Assembly: GCA_000092065.1 (NCBI GenBank)
Contig: CP000594.1
From: Ostreococcus lucimarinus
Lineage: Eukaryota
Strand: one strand, 5' to 3'
Length of the DNA stretch: 64,000 nt
Below, one piece after another: positions 48,707-60,489 of the stretch. Position 1 is the first letter of the stretch, and each line of letters begins with the position of its first letter. A model generated the notes under the pieces. It saw only the letters and a program-made list of their open reading frames with translations. It had not been told where the DNA came from and made no database searches. Position numbers and translations under genes: made by a program.

Positions 48707-49349
48707 GTCGAGCGTCTCCTTCGTCTCCTACGAGCGCGTCAAAAATCACCACACGTCAGTCGATGCGCCATGATCAACGCCTTCCTCGCTGGCAGATCCA
48801 TCATTCTATGCGTTCACATCGCAGCCATCGCTCGCTCGTTCGCCACGATGGAATTTCCCTCGCATCCTCGCCCGCGCGTTCGCGAGATCGCCCGTCACTA
48901 TCCACAAGCGCCTCGCCGCGAGCCGTCCCGGTCCCCGCCGCGCCCGTTCGCGTCCATTCGCGCGTCCGAGTCCACTCGAGCGTTTCGAGCGCGCGTCTTT
49001 CGCGCGTTTCCCCGACGCGCGCGCGCGCGCGTCCACCGTGGACGCCGCACCGCGCGCGAACGCGTCGCATATTCCATCGGCGCGAACTTTTCGACGGCGA
49101 CCGATCGTCGTCGTCGTCGCGCGCGCGTCGTCGCGTCGCGTCGCATCGCTCGACGCACCGATGACTCGAACGCGTGCGCCCCGACGCGTCCGCACGACCG
49201 AGCGTCGTCGACTGCGGTGACGTCGCGCGTCTCGAAAGATGTGTTCGATGACGCGCACGAACCGGCCGCGCGTCGCCCGCTGTTTGATTATTTGGTTTTC
49301 GCGGCCGCGCGAGAAGGACGAGGCGACTACATACTCTTACAAATGCGCG

Positions 49350-49973
49350 CTAAAACGACGACGAAGGCGCGTCCCAAGCGGTGGTGGTGACGACCGTCCA
49401 TCCCGCGCGCGCGGGCGCGCACGCGCGGCGAACGAGCGAGGCCAAGTCTTCGGCGACGCGCGCGGCGGCGCGCTTGGGCGGCGGGCGCGCGAACTCTCGC
49501 GAGACGACGCTCGAGCGTTCGGTGGAAGCCGCGTCGACGGCGACGCGCACGAACACTCTCGGGACGCTTCCAGCGTATGATTCCGCCCACGCCGCGTTCG
49601 TGCTCACGTCGCGGACGCAGAGCGCGAAATCTCGCAGGCACTCGAGCGAGGCGCCGGGCGGCGCGCGGGCGGCGGCGTCCACGGCGGCGTCGAGCTTGTC
49701 TTTCAGACCGTCGCACAGACAGCATCCGGGCTTGGTGTACACCACGATGGTGTTCGCGGCGACGTCATCGTGCGCGCCGTCGTCCTCGTCGTCGTCGCGT
49801 GCGAATCCGTCGTCCGCGCGCGCGCGCGTCGTCGGTCGGCGCGTGGACATTCGCACGTGCACTCGAACCGTCGCGCTCGGACGCGCTCGAGACGCTCGAG
49901 ACGCGCGAGATGCGCGAGACGTCGACGCGTCGAGCGTGCGGGACGCCGCGACGTCGACTCGGGCGAGGGACAT
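49350..49973 (-). CDS. Glutaredoxin-like (DUF836 / Grx2-family thioredoxin-fold) protein with Ser/Arg-rich putative transit peptide.
   Basis: Candidate ATGs at 49973 and 49850. VVYTKPGCCLCDGLKDKL is the DUF836 CxxC motif. The track start 50135 is upstream low-complexity. Confidence 0.55.
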   Translation of the reverse strand: MSLARVDVAASRTLDASTSRASRASRASRARPSATVRVHVRMSTRRPTTRARADDGFARDDDEDDGAHDDVAANTIVVYTKPGCCLCDGLKDKLDAAVDAAARAPPGASLECLRDFALCVRDVSTNAAWAESYAGSVPRVFVRVAVDAASTERSSVVSREFARPPPKRAAARVAEDLASLVRRACAPARAGWTVVTTTAWDAPSSSF

Positions 49974-50202
49974 CGCGAGTCGAACGACGCGGCGTCGCGA
50001 AGTGTCGTACGCGCCGCGCGGCGGTTGGCGAGCGCGGGCGTCGCCGGCGGCGTTCTGCGACGGACGCGACGGGCGGGATTCGCGATGTGGGTGCGATTCA
50101 CGATGTGTATCAACATAACATACACGTACGCCCACATCGCAAGGTGGTGAGTGGATGGCTAAGAAATCCTAAGAGATTGTGAACGAGCGCGAGCTCGCTC
50201 GT

Positions 50203-51063
50203 TTACTTCTTCGCGCCCTTCTTCTTCGCCGCTCGCGCCTTAATCTCACGGAGCGCCGCATCACGCGCCGCGGCGCGCACTTCCGGCTTTTCGTTACGCT
50301 TCTTCGCGAGCACCTGTGAAGTTGCGGTGATGATCACCACTCGTCAGTCTCTCGTTCGCGTCGGTTCGCCTCGCGATTTGAAACCCTCGCCGCGCGACGC
50401 GTCGCGTTCGTCGATGCATCCATCGATCGCGACGGCCGCCCTGACCGTGCGTCGACGACCGCATCGCCTTGCCTCGCGCTCGACTCCACCCATAGTCATC
50501 GCGCGCCGTCCATTCGACGTCTCTCCGCGCGCGTCGCTCGTCGTCGACGCACCTCCAAGGAAGCCCCAACCAAAGATCGCGTGAACGCGCTCTTGTTCAC
50601 CCGTCGCTTCTTCGTGCGAGTGCTAGCTTCGATGTCCTGCGTCGCGAAAACGAAATAATATCCAGTCAATCATCGACGTCACTCGATCGCGCGATCATCG
50701 CCGCGCGCGTCGGTCGTCGCGAACGACGATCGTTCGCCGAAGCCCTAACGACGATCGCCGATGGCTGGTGCGCGCGCTCGCACGCCGCGCGCGCGTTCTC
50801 CCGCGCCTCGCGCGCGCGCGAGCGAGAGAGGTGAAATATTCGACATCGATCCCTCGTCGCGTCGTCCTCCTCACCTTCTTGTGCGCCTTGCGGTACGTCG
50901 TCGTCCACGCCAACTTGGCGGGTTTCTTCTTTTGCGCGTGCATCTTCTTCGACTTGCCGTTCAGGAACAGGAACGTCGTGGAGTCGATCTTCGTCAGGCG
51001 CGTGCCGTGGCCGGGGTAGACGCGCAGCCCGCTGAACGCGCACTTCTCGGTCTTGAGCACCAT
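50203..51063 (-). CDS. RPL24: 60S ribosomal protein L24 (eL24). Three exons on the minus strand: 50875..51063, 50553..50636, 50203..50313.
   Basis: Spliced product is MVLKTEKCAFSGLRVYPGHGTRLTKIDSTTFLFLNGKSKKMHAQKKKPAKLAWTTTYRKAHKK|DIEASTRTKKRRVNKSAFTRSLVGASLE|VLAKKRNEKPEVRAAARDAALREIKARAAKKKGAKK. Donors are GTGAGG and GTGCGT; acceptors are GACGCAG and TTCACAG. Confidence 0.85.
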
Positions 51064-51284
51064 GACGTCGGCGGTTCGCTCGCGTCGCGGAGAGACGGTC
51101 TGGCGACGACGCGCGGGGCGTCCGTCGAGCGGTCACGTGCGCGCCTCGGGACGGGGTTTTGTGGTCCGTGTGACGCGCGACTGGTCGACCGGTCGAGTCT
51201 CGCGCCGACCGACGGTTCGTCACCGTCCGTCGCGCGTCGTCGTCGCGCGCGCGCTCGACGTCGAATCGCGCGGGCGAGGCGCGA

Positions 51285-53723
51285 ATGCGAGCGATCGCTC
51301 GAATGGTGCTCGCGGTGGCCGGTGCGGTGATCCTGGCGCGTCGCGCGAACGCGCCGAAGGGGCGAAGATTGTCGCGGACGAGGACGAAGACGCGCGGCGA
51401 ACGCGCGGCGGCGACGAAGGAAAGCGGCGACGGGGGGGGCGAGCGAGGGCGAGACGACGACGTGAACGATGCGGAGGACGCGAACGCGCGGCGCGCGTAC
51501 GCGGACGACGCGAACGCGCCGGAGAAACCTCGAGCGAGGCGCGAGACGCGTCTCGTAAAGTTTGGCGTCGTCGAGGGCGAGAACCGCGGCGAGGACGCGA
51601 TGGATCCAGCGCGGACGATAGAGGACGATTTGTTTTGGTTGCGAGACGACGAACGGAAGAGCGATGAGATTTTAAAGCACTTGGAGCGGGAAAATGCGTA
51701 CACGGAAGCGCACACTGAACATCTGAAAAAATTGGAGACGAAGATTTACGAAGAAATCATCGCGACGATTGAAGAGACGGATGTGGACGTGCGCTTCGCG
51801 TGGGGCGATCGTCACGAGTATTGGGTCAAGACGCAAAAGGGCAAGGCGTATCCGATCATTTATCGATGCGAGCGCGCGAATGGAAAGCACGTGGAGAAGG
51901 TTTTGGACGTCAACGAGGTCGCCGCCGAGATGAAGTATTGCTCGCTCGGCGGGTTCAAGCCGTCGCCCACGCACGACGTGTTAGCGTATGCCATCGACGC
52001 CACGGGGTTCGAAACGTACACGGTTCGGTTCAAGGACTTGAATACGAATGAGCTCTTGGACGACGTCCTCGAGGGATGCGCGGGCGGCGTGAGCTGGGGA
52101 GGCGGCGTCAATCGCGAGGTGTATTACTCGACGATGGACGACGCTCATCGCCCGGACAAGGTGTGGCGCCACACCATGGGAACGCCGCAATCGAGCGACG
52201 TGTGCGTGCTCGAAGAGCCTGACGAGTTGTTTAACGTCGGGTTCTCGCGAACGTCGAGCGGACGATACATGATGCTCGAGTCTGAATCCACGGAAGAAAA
52301 CGAGTGTTATGTCATCGATTTGGACGCCGCGGACGCGGCGCCGGATGTGCGTCTTGTGCAAAAGCGATCGCCACTCCATCGGTACTACTTGGAACATCGA
52401 GGCGATACGTTTTACGTGCTGACGAACAAGGACGAGAAGATAAATTTCGAGCTCTTGATGACGCCCGTCGACGCCTTAGGGCAAGACAACTGGGTGCCAG
52501 TCGTCGACGGCGCCGGCGCGCCGGTGTTCGCGTACGACGATAAACGCACGCTCGAAAGTTTCTTCGCCTGTAAGAACCACCTCGTCATCGATGGTCGCGA
52601 AAACGGCTTCAGCGCGATGTGGGTCGTGCGTCTGAGCGAGGAAAGCGGCGAGGTGGTCGACTGGCACAAGACGGAGTGGCCGAGCGAAAACGCCCTCGTG
52701 TACCCAAGCGTCGCCGGTGAGACGCTTCGATGTGTCGGCGCCAATCAAGTGTGGGACACAAACGAGATTTACGTGTCGTATTCCTCGCTCAATCAGCCGC
52801 GCACAGTGTACAAGTACGACATGAACACCAAGTCAAAGAAGGAGATGAAAAAGACTCCGGTGAAGGGCTTCGATACGAGTAAGTATACAACGATGCGACT
52901 CGAAGTCACCGCGCGCGACGGCGTCAAGGTTCCGGTGTCCATCGCGTTTAAAACGAATTTGCGAGCGCACCGAGGACCACTGTTGTTGGAGGGTTACGGC
53001 TCTTACGGTATAAGCAACGATCCGGCTTTCATGCGCACGGCGGTGCCGCTTATGGACCGCGGCGTTACCATCGCTATAGCGCACATTCGTGGTGGTGGAG
53101 AGATGGGACGCGAGTGGTACGAGAAGCAAGGCAAGTACTTCACTAAGCTCAACACGTTTCATGATTTCATCGACGTCGCCGAACATTTAGTGAGCACGGG
53201 GTGGACACAACCGAGCAAACTCGCGATTAGCGGTCGGAGCGCCGGCGGTTTGCTCATGGGGGCCACGCTCAACATGCGGCCGGACTTATTCCGATGCGTC
53301 GTTGCGGGCGTTCCGTTTGTGGACGTCATGGTGTCCATGTGCGATCCCTCGATTCCCTTGACCACGGGCGAGTGGCTGGAGTGGGGTAATCCGAACGTCG
53401 AGAAATATTTCGATTACATGATGAAGTACGCGCCTATGGAAAACATACGACCCATGGAGGTTGCCCCGGATGTGCTCATCACCGCGGGATTGTACGATCC
53501 GCGCGTCGCGTATTGGGAATCCGCCAAGTACGCCGCTCGTTTGCGCGATGCCGTCAAAAATGGTGCGCGCGTGTTGCTCAAGACAGATCTCAGCGCCGGT
53601 CACTTCAGCGCGAGCGACAGATATCAGCACTTCAAGCAAACCGCGTTCGAGCACGCGTTTACGCTCGAATGCCTCGGGCTCGCCGGTAAGAACGTCGCCC
53701 CGAAATGGATCTCATCAAAGTAG
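51285..53723 (+). CDS. Oligopeptidase B (protease II, prolyl-oligopeptidase family S9A) with N-terminal extension (possible targeting peptide).
   Basis: ATG 51285; the conserved core starts near MDPARTIEDDLFWLRDDER (51600). The C-terminal catalytic domain has GRSAGGLLMG (Ser nucleophile GxSxGG), ...DPRV...GHF. Confidence 0.85.
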   Translation: MRAIARMVLAVAGAVILARRANAPKGRRLSRTRTKTRGERAAATKESGDGGGERGRDDDVNDAEDANARRAYADDANAPEKPRARRETRLVKFGVVEGENRGEDAMDPARTIEDDLFWLRDDERKSDEILKHLERENAYTEAHTEHLKKLETKIYEEIIATIEETDVDVRFAWGDRHEYWVKTQKGKAYPIIYRCERANGKHVEKVLDVNEVAAEMKYCSLGGFKPSPTHDVLAYAIDATGFETYTVRFKDLNTNELLDDVLEGCAGGVSWGGGVNREVYYSTMDDAHRPDKVWRHTMGTPQSSDVCVLEEPDELFNVGFSRTSSGRYMMLESESTEENECYVIDLDAADAAPDVRLVQKRSPLHRYYLEHRGDTFYVLTNKDEKINFELLMTPVDALGQDNWVPVVDGAGAPVFAYDDKRTLESFFACKNHLVIDGRENGFSAMWVVRLSEESGEVVDWHKTEWPSENALVYPSVAGETLRCVGANQVWDTNEIYVSYSSLNQPRTVYKYDMNTKSKKEMKKTPVKGFDTSKYTTMRLEVTARDGVKVPVSIAFKTNLRAHRGPLLLEGYGSYGISNDPAFMRTAVPLMDRGVTIAIAHIRGGGEMGREWYEKQGKYFTKLNTFHDFIDVAEHLVSTGWTQPSKLAISGRSAGGLLMGATLNMRPDLFRCVVAGVPFVDVMVSMCDPSIPLTTGEWLEWGNPNVEKYFDYMMKYAPMENIRPMEVAPDVLITAGLYDPRVAYWESAKYAARLRDAVKNGARVLLKTDLSAGHFSASDRYQHFKQTAFEHAFTLECLGLAGKNVAPKWISSK

Positions 53724-53785
53724 GCCTATGTCATCGAATTGATTTATAACGCTATGTGTGCTATCGCGGCGCTCGCGCGTTCTCG

Positions 53786-54214
53786 TCAACCGCCGCCGAA
53801 CCAACCTCGTCCGCGTCTCTCCTTCTCACGCTTTCGCGCATCTTCCAACCACTGCGGTGTGTGATACAAAAACGGGTCGCGCGGTTCGTCCCCGACTTCG
53901 CTTCGCATGCACTTGACGAACAACGACCACGCCGGCGGCGTCGTCAGTAGAGGATTGCCCTCAAACAACGATTGCACCACGTCCTCGAGCCTATCGTTGC
54001 AACGATGTTGACGCGCGCGTTTGGTGGTCGCATACAACTCAATGCCGCCGCGATAACCGTGCGACGCTCGAGCCTTAGCACCGTCGTCTTCGGCGCTCGA
54101 ACTCGCGGCGAACGCGAATCGAGACGATCGTCGCGGCTGCGACTCCGACGACGACGCGTCGTGCGCGGACGACGCGCGCTCGACGTCGATCACGCGCGCG
54201 CCAACGCTCGCCAT
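53786..54214 (-). CDS. Hypothetical 142-aa protein.
   Basis: ATG at 54214. Ordinary composition in the C-terminal half (LFEGNPLLTTPPAWSLFVKCMRSEVGDEPRDPFLYHTPQWLEDARKREK). No family recognised. Confidence 0.4.
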   Translation of the reverse strand: MASVGARVIDVERASSAHDASSSESQPRRSSRFAFAASSSAEDDGAKARASHGYRGGIELYATTKRARQHRCNDRLEDVVQSLFEGNPLLTTPPAWSLFVKCMRSEVGDEPRDPFLYHTPQWLEDARKREKERRGRGWFGGG

Positions 54215-54602
54215 CGCGCGATGTGTGACACCGCCGCGCGCTCGAATCGTTCGGATGCGCTCGGGAGTGAAGTGAAGACGAGCGCTCCGCGGCGGCTCGA
54301 GCGAGCCGCCGTCGCGTCGACTCGGTCGAGCACGCGCGAGCTTAGAAGAATCGCAAATGTAATTTAAACACGCTACATACGTCCTACGCTCGCTTGACGA
54401 TCGTCAGAAAGACGAAAGCGTCGAGGGAAGTGTCTGAGGCGTTCCGCGCCGGAAATCGTCGCGCTCGCGCGATTTATTGGCTGCGCGAGAAGAAGAGAAC
54501 GACGCTCGTCAGTCAAAAGTGGTCGGGATTTCGCGCGTTCACGTTCGCATTAACGCGCATGCCGTTTGCATCGCGCGCGCTCGAGGGAATGTGAATGTGT
54601 AC

Positions 54603-55308
54603 TTACCAAGAAGCCTCGTACGCGGCCGCATCCATCATCGAGTCAGTCTCAGACGGATTGCTCATCTTCACCTTCATGAGCCAGCCATCCGCAAAGGAGG
54701 ATTCGTTAACCATGCCCGGGGTGTCGTTCAAGTTTTCGTTCACTTCGATGACTTCACCAGAGATCGGGGAGTACACGTCGGAAGCCGCCTTAACAGACTC
54801 GACGACGCCGAAGGACGACTTCGCCTCAACCTTGGAGCCAACTTCCGGAAGTTCGACGTACACGATGTCACCCAATTCAGCCTGTCGTCGAATGCGTTGC
54901 GCGAATGCGTCAGTTTACGAATGCGCATCGATTTATTGTCCCGTGCGTCGCGTTCGCGCGACGTCACGAGCGCGCGCGCGAGTGTTCGTTCGCCCGAGTT
55001 CGCCGCGATCGAGGCCCCCGTCGTCGTCTCACCTGCGCGTGATCGGTGATGCCGACCGTCGCGATATCACCTTCGACCTTGGTCCATTCGTGCGAAGGCA
55101 TGTACTTCAAACCTTCAATCACTGTTCGCGCGACGCACGAGGCGCGCTCGTCAGTCATCGCGTCCACGGTCCCGTCTCCTCGCCTCGCCTTGGCGCGCGT
55201 CGCGCAAGGGGCCCATCCAAACATTCTATCCACACCGCGTCCCGCCCGTGGCGTCGTTTCGCGCGCGCGTCCGCGCTCGTGCGTCTCGCGCGACGTCATC
55301 GGTGCCAC
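54603..55308 (-). CDS. GCVH: Glycine cleavage system H protein (GCVH), mitochondrial precursor. Two exons on the minus strand: 55032..55308 (start uncertain; ATG candidates at 55224 and 55158) and 54603..54881.
   Basis: Exon 1 is ...[30 protein letters not shown]. The intron is GTGAGACGACG...CGACGACAG. Exon 2 is [72 protein letters not shown] with the lipoyl-lysine motif ESVKA. The ORF-track starts (55308, 54875) are non-ATG. Confidence 0.85.
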
Positions 55309-55838
55309 GAGCGCCGAGTTCGACCTTCATCGCGGTTCACACGCGCGCCCGAGCGTTCGATCGCGCGTCGGATGACGTTCGGACGTCCGCGCGCGGGCCA
55401 TCGCATCACATCGTCGTCGTCGCACCGGTGGAGTACGCGCGCGCGCCGACCGCGGTCACGCACATGGGCGCAAACGCGGTGGTTTGCTTCGTCCATCTCA
55501 AGAGCGCCGATCGCGCCGACATCGCGCAAAGTTCGTTCGTCGACGTGTGCGGACGACGCGCGCGACGACGCGACGGACGATCGCGCGCGTCGGCGCGTCG
55601 CGGGTGTGTGTTTTTATACACAGATGAAAACATCACACACGGGCTTAAATGGGCGTCGAATGCGGCACCGATCCGTCGTCCCGAAAGACGACGCCCACCG
55701 CACCACACGGACGGCGAAACTGCGAAATCGCGACGACGACGACGACGGCGACGCGGGCGGGATTTCGACGCGCGCGGGCGACGGCGATCGCGAAGACGCC
55801 GCGTCGACGCGTCGCGACGCCCGCGTCGATCGATCGCG

Positions 55839-57319
55839 ATGTCGACCGCGAGCGGCTCGACGTTCGCGCGCGCGTCGGACGCGATTCGACGCTCCGCGGG
55901 GGCGCTCGCGAGCGCGAGCGCGACGACGAGCGCGAGCGCGGACGCGGACGCGGCGGTGAAGGCGACGCCGCGCGTGGTCGTGGACTTCGCGGGGCAACTG
56001 CTCGGGTTCTTCGCGTTCACGTGGGAAGGCGCGTGTTGGGCGCTCGTGTGCGCGCTCGTCGTGGGGAACTACCTGGCGAGGAAGTGGCGCCGAAAGATGC
56101 GAAAGACGCTGGCGAGCGCGGAGATGAAACACTCGCTCGATTCACAGTTCACGACGGTGGAACACGGGGCGATGGAGTGGATCAATCACTTCTTGAGACA
56201 TTTGTGGAGCTCCACCGCGGGGACGTACGCAGACGCGCAAGCCGCGGACGTCTTGCGAGGAATCATCGAAGGTTTGGGATCGTCTAAGCCGAATTTCGTC
56301 AAGGAGGTGACGCTTACGGATCTCACCTTGGGCTCGACGCCACCAAAGATTCAGTTGTACACGGTGCGATACAACCCGACGCTCGATTACTTGCAGTTTG
56401 AGTTCAACGTCGACTGGTTCGCCGACGCGGCGCACGGACGGTTGATGACGAAGATCAAACTCGCCGCGGCGCTGCCGTCGCTGCGCGTGCCGATTCACCT
56501 GACCGATTTCGGCTTGCGTGGACGCGTGTTGATGGGCTTCCGGCTCACTAAACGCGTGCCCGGCGTCTCGGGCGTAGACGTCTCGTTTCGCGGCGCGCCG
56601 AAAGTCGACGTGTCGGTTCGCCCGGTGGGATTGCCCGTGGCCGATATCCCGGGCTTGTATCAATGGATCATGGGAAAGCTAGAAGAGGTGATTTGCAAAA
56701 AGTTTCTCGAGCCCAGACGTTTGTACATTGACGTCGAGGGGAAGTTTCTGCGAAAGATGGCGAGCGCCGATTTCCTCGGTCCGGGCGGTACTTTGGTGTG
56801 TCGAATCGTGTCTGTGAAGGGTATGCCGAAGAACACGGGCTCGGGGTACCCTTGGGTCGAAGTGTCGTTCAACGGAATTCGTCGTAAGACGTGCACGAGA
56901 CCCGTAGCGAAGGTGATGGAGTACGGCGGAGCTATGGCGTTTCCTTTGCCCGCGGACACGAATTGGAAATCCACAGAGGATAGCACGATGAACGTGGGCA
57001 CGGTGCGCGTGCGCATCATGGACAGAGCCGCCGTCGGTACAGACGTGTTCGTCGTCGGTGAAGCAGTGTTTGGGGCGCACAGACGATCCGACACCGGGAC
57101 GCATCACGCGTCGCTTTCTCTTGGCTCGCACGCGGCCAAGTCTAAGTACGGCGTCAGCGGAAAGGTGTCCACGATAGCGCAAATAGAATGGGAAGTTCTC
57201 CCTCCAATCGAGCGATGGAACCCACTGAAACCTGCGGTGGTTGAGTCTCGTTCGTCGGCGCCGCTCAAGCAGCAAGACGACGCGTCTGAGGACGAGGACG
57301 ACGACGACGATGAAGAATA

Positions 57320-57354
<35 letters not shown>

Positions 57355-58397
57355 TGGATACTGCCGACGTTTTCAGCGAAAGAAGCGCGATGAGCTCTGG
57401 TCACGGTGCGTTATCACCTGCATCGCGACAAAACAGCCTTGGGACGGCGAAGTCAGACGACGAGGACGCGTTAGGATCCGCCGCAGAGCACATTTTCCAA
57501 CTCGCGAAATTGAGAACGCTTCTCCAAAGCGAAAGGGATCATTCGCAGAGCGTCATAGAGAAGCTCAAAAGCGAATTGGCGATGGTCAAAGATACGGTCA
57601 TGCTCGAACGCGAGCGACGCGCGCAAGAGTTGAAGCGTGCGCTCCTTGAAGGAGTGAAATTCTTCTGTCATACAAAAAACTCCAAAGCGGCGTTGAAGGC
57701 GGACGAGACGTATTACTTGCGTTACCACGGTTACAAACAAATATTCACGCTTCACAAGAAGCACGGGGTGAAATCCAAGCCCGTACACACCCTGAACATC
57801 GCGCACGTCGCGTTCGCCGCCGTAGGCACGAAGCACTTCACCATGGGCGTCACTCGAGAGCAGGATGCAAAGGAAACTACCAAGGCGAAGAGCGCCAGGG
57901 CGCAAGAAATTCATTCGCTGTCGGCGAGCAAATGTTTAACCATAGTCTTTTCCACGGAACAAGAGTTGAAAGCTGAGGCTGCGTCCATTCGCGAGGCGAA
58001 AGAACTCACGAAAAAGGTGAAATGCGCGACCGGCGAGGCCGAGGAGGCCGAGCCCGTCGTAGACGAGCCAGCCGCGTTTGCGTCGCCGGCGGGACTGGCA
58101 GGCACGGGATTGGTGGGGTTAGACTTGGAAATTCCTCTCAAAGGCAATGGGAGAAGCGCCAGGGAGTGGGTCGACGGTATCAACGCTCTGAAGCAAGTGT
58201 ACACGGCGACGGAATATCCTGAATTGAAGTACCTCGAAAACGTTAGACAGAAGAGCTTGAAGAAAAGCGCGGACGAAAATCGAGACATGCACAAGAACGG
58301 ACCGCCGGCGGTGTCGCCCGAGAAAAGTAAGCGTACGAGCGAAGTCGTGGCGGAGATCAAACGCACGCCGACTTCGTTCGCCTCCGTGGACGAATAG
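55839..58397 (+). CDS. SMP-domain lipid-transfer-like protein (extended-synaptotagmin/tricalbin-like): N-terminal TM anchor, SMP domain, C2-like domain, acidic linker, coiled coil and a C-terminal PH-like region.
   Basis: ATG 55839, in frame within the longer ORF 55248... The TM is FAFTWEGACWALVCALVVGNYL. The SMP-like region is WINHFLRHLWSS...PKIQLYTVRYNPTLDYLQFEFNVDWFAD...LPVADIPGLYQWIMGKLEEVICKKF. C2-like: GGTLVCRIVSVKGMP. Acidic (DEDED) tract at 57290-57360. Confidence 0.65.
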
Positions 58398-58738
58398 ACG
58401 AGGTACTCGGCGTCCATCGACCTGTAGCCTTCCCTTGTAATCGACGAATGGACGGGTTTGCCTCTCTCGGGGTTTTTGTCTGAAGTGTCCATGAAATCTT
58501 ACTAGTTTAGTGGGATGGGACGTGTCTGAAATTTTTAGTGGGATGAATCAGACCGACCCGCTCTCGCGCGCGCGCGCGCCTAGGGTTGTGCGTACTACAT
58601 CTTCACGCGCACTCGCTATCGTGACGAACGTATCGCCCTCGACGTCACCACAGAAAGTGTAACACCGAACGTGGGAATCGTATTGTGGCGCGATGATCGT
58701 TTTGTTATATTCTTCATTGCCACTAGAGCGCGCATACT

Positions 58739-59794
58739 TCAATCAACGTGGTAGCGCTGTCGCGCGTTCTGGTGGGCGTAGTTGCCATACGCCGCGCGTT
58801 GCCCGATTCGAGCGCGGCGTCTATCTTCCGCTTCGTCAAGACGAGCGAGTGCTGGACCGGCGTATTTAACGAGAGCGAACGTGCCGCCCGCGGCCCCGCC
58901 GTACAAGAGCGCGAGAACACTCGCGACGACGCTCACGGCCGAAACCAACGCGACGAGGAAGAACGCCACGCCGGACCAAATCGACGTGCTAAATGAAGAT
59001 ATGAGCCCTGGCAACGCAAATGCGTAGGAGAATATCGCGCTGAGCATTCCCATCGTGAAATTGCTCACGGCGATAAACGCCCATCGCAACAGGAACGATA
59101 TCGTCGATTCGTCGCTCTTACCGCGGAGCATCAAATGTAACCCGTCCCAAAAAGTCGAGCGCGTCGCGAACACTTTCCCACGCTCGTAGCTTCGCTTAAA
59201 CAGTGCCTTCGCGTCGCCCACGCCTAGCTCGGACCACAGACCAAGCTCAGAACGAGCTTCGCGCATCGCGGCGTCCCGTTTCCGCTCCTCGACTCGTAAC
59301 GCTCGAGCGGCGTCTCTCTGACGTTTCTTCGCTTGCTCGATTCGCGAACGCTGACTGGGCGTCGCCGTAAACCGCCACCCAAACGGTGTCACCGCCCTCA
59401 ACTCGCGCTCTGCGTCGTAATACGACGACGATACCCGTCTTAACGCTTCGCCGATTTCTTCGTCGACGCGTCGCAAAGCGTCGTCGTAACGCCGCTGCAT
59501 CGTCGGCGTTATCTCCACCGGCGCGCGCGCGTAAAACGCCACGTATATTCCCAGGCAGTACAACATCAACGTCCCAGTCGTCTTGGGCGTTTTCATCGGC
59601 TTCCACCGTCCCAGAGCGCGCACGAGAGCCCCCGCCGTGGATGTTTTCTGCCGACTCGATGTTGTTCGCGTCTCCACGATCGCGCGCGTCGTCGCATCTC
59701 TCTCGCGCGCATCCATAGCGGGCGTGGGTGTCGTATTCTCCGTGAGTCCGTCAGCGTTCATCGCGCGTCGCGCACTGAGCAAATCTCCAGCCAT
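58739..59794 (-). CDS. Hypothetical membrane protein (several C-terminal TM helices), function unknown.
   Basis: ATG at 59794; the track start 59797 is a GTG. Hydrophobic segments LMLYCLGIYVAFY and FIAVSNFTMGMLSAIFSYAFALPGLISSFSTSIWSGVAFFLVALVSAVSVVASVLALLYGG. Confidence 0.5.
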   Translation of the reverse strand: MAGDLLSARRAMNADGLTENTTPTPAMDARERDATTRAIVETRTTSSRQKTSTAGALVRALGRWKPMKTPKTTGTLMLYCLGIYVAFYARAPVEITPTMQRRYDDALRRVDEEIGEALRRVSSSYYDAERELRAVTPFGWRFTATPSQRSRIEQAKKRQRDAARALRVEERKRDAAMREARSELGLWSELGVGDAKALFKRSYERGKVFATRSTFWDGLHLMLRGKSDESTISFLLRWAFIAVSNFTMGMLSAIFSYAFALPGLISSFSTSIWSGVAFFLVALVSAVSVVASVLALLYGGAAGGTFALVKYAGPALARLDEAEDRRRARIGQRAAYGNYAHQNARQRYHVD

Positions 59795-59828
59795 CACTCG
59801 TCACTGCGCGACGGTCCGACGGCCAGGC

Positions 59829-60428
59829 ATGGACGCCGAGACGGTGACGAGCGCACTGCGCGCGGCGTCGAAAGTAGGTTCTGCCGCAGTGGTCATCATC
59901 GAGGTGTGCGACGCGAGCGACGATCCGTCGTCATCGACGTTCGTGTTTCAACGGAAAACGGCTGGATATCCCGCGGCACACTTCGTCGGTTCGCTGTGTT
60001 TATTTGGCGGCAACGCTGAAAAAGAAGACGCGACGGCGCGCGCGACGTTGGAGAGGGAGCTCGCAGAGGAGCTTCCGGACGCGTTCGTAAGCGTCGTCAT
60101 GGCTAACGCGCGCGCGCACGGGCGGTACCTCGTTGCGGACGCGAAAGGCGCGTACGCTTTCATCGCGTGCGCGTTCGCGGCGAGGATACGCGCGACCAAC
60201 GTCGACGTCGACGCGCTAGTCACGGATGAAGGCGAATTAGCGGTATTAAGTGTCAGTCAGTGTGGTTGTGAGTCGTTCGCGTGGTCGTACGATCGCGTCT
60301 TCCGGGACTATCTCGTTCTTCGCGATGGCCCGCACGACGTCGTTGAGGATGCACAAGGCGAACGGCGCGATGAAGCCGTCAAAATATCCGACGACGCGGA
60401 CGTCGGCGAATGGGCGGTACTCGTGTGA
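59829..60428 (+). CDS. Hypothetical protein, possibly a divergent Nudix-fold hydrolase.
   Basis: ATG 59829 (MDAETVTSALRAAS...). Degenerate Nudix-box-like segment GGNAEKEDATARATLERELAEELP, compared with GX5EX7REUXEEXGU. Low certainty. Confidence 0.35.
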   Translation: MDAETVTSALRAASKVGSAAVVIIEVCDASDDPSSSTFVFQRKTAGYPAAHFVGSLCLFGGNAEKEDATARATLERELAEELPDAFVSVVMANARAHGRYLVADAKGAYAFIACAFAARIRATNVDVDALVTDEGELAVLSVSQCGCESFAWSYDRVFRDYLVLRDGPHDVVEDAQGERRDEAVKISDDADVGEWAVLV

Positions 60429-60489
60429 ATGATACTGTAGAATTAGCAACGGTAAATTATATTATTTCAACTTGTAGAAGGATGGCTGT

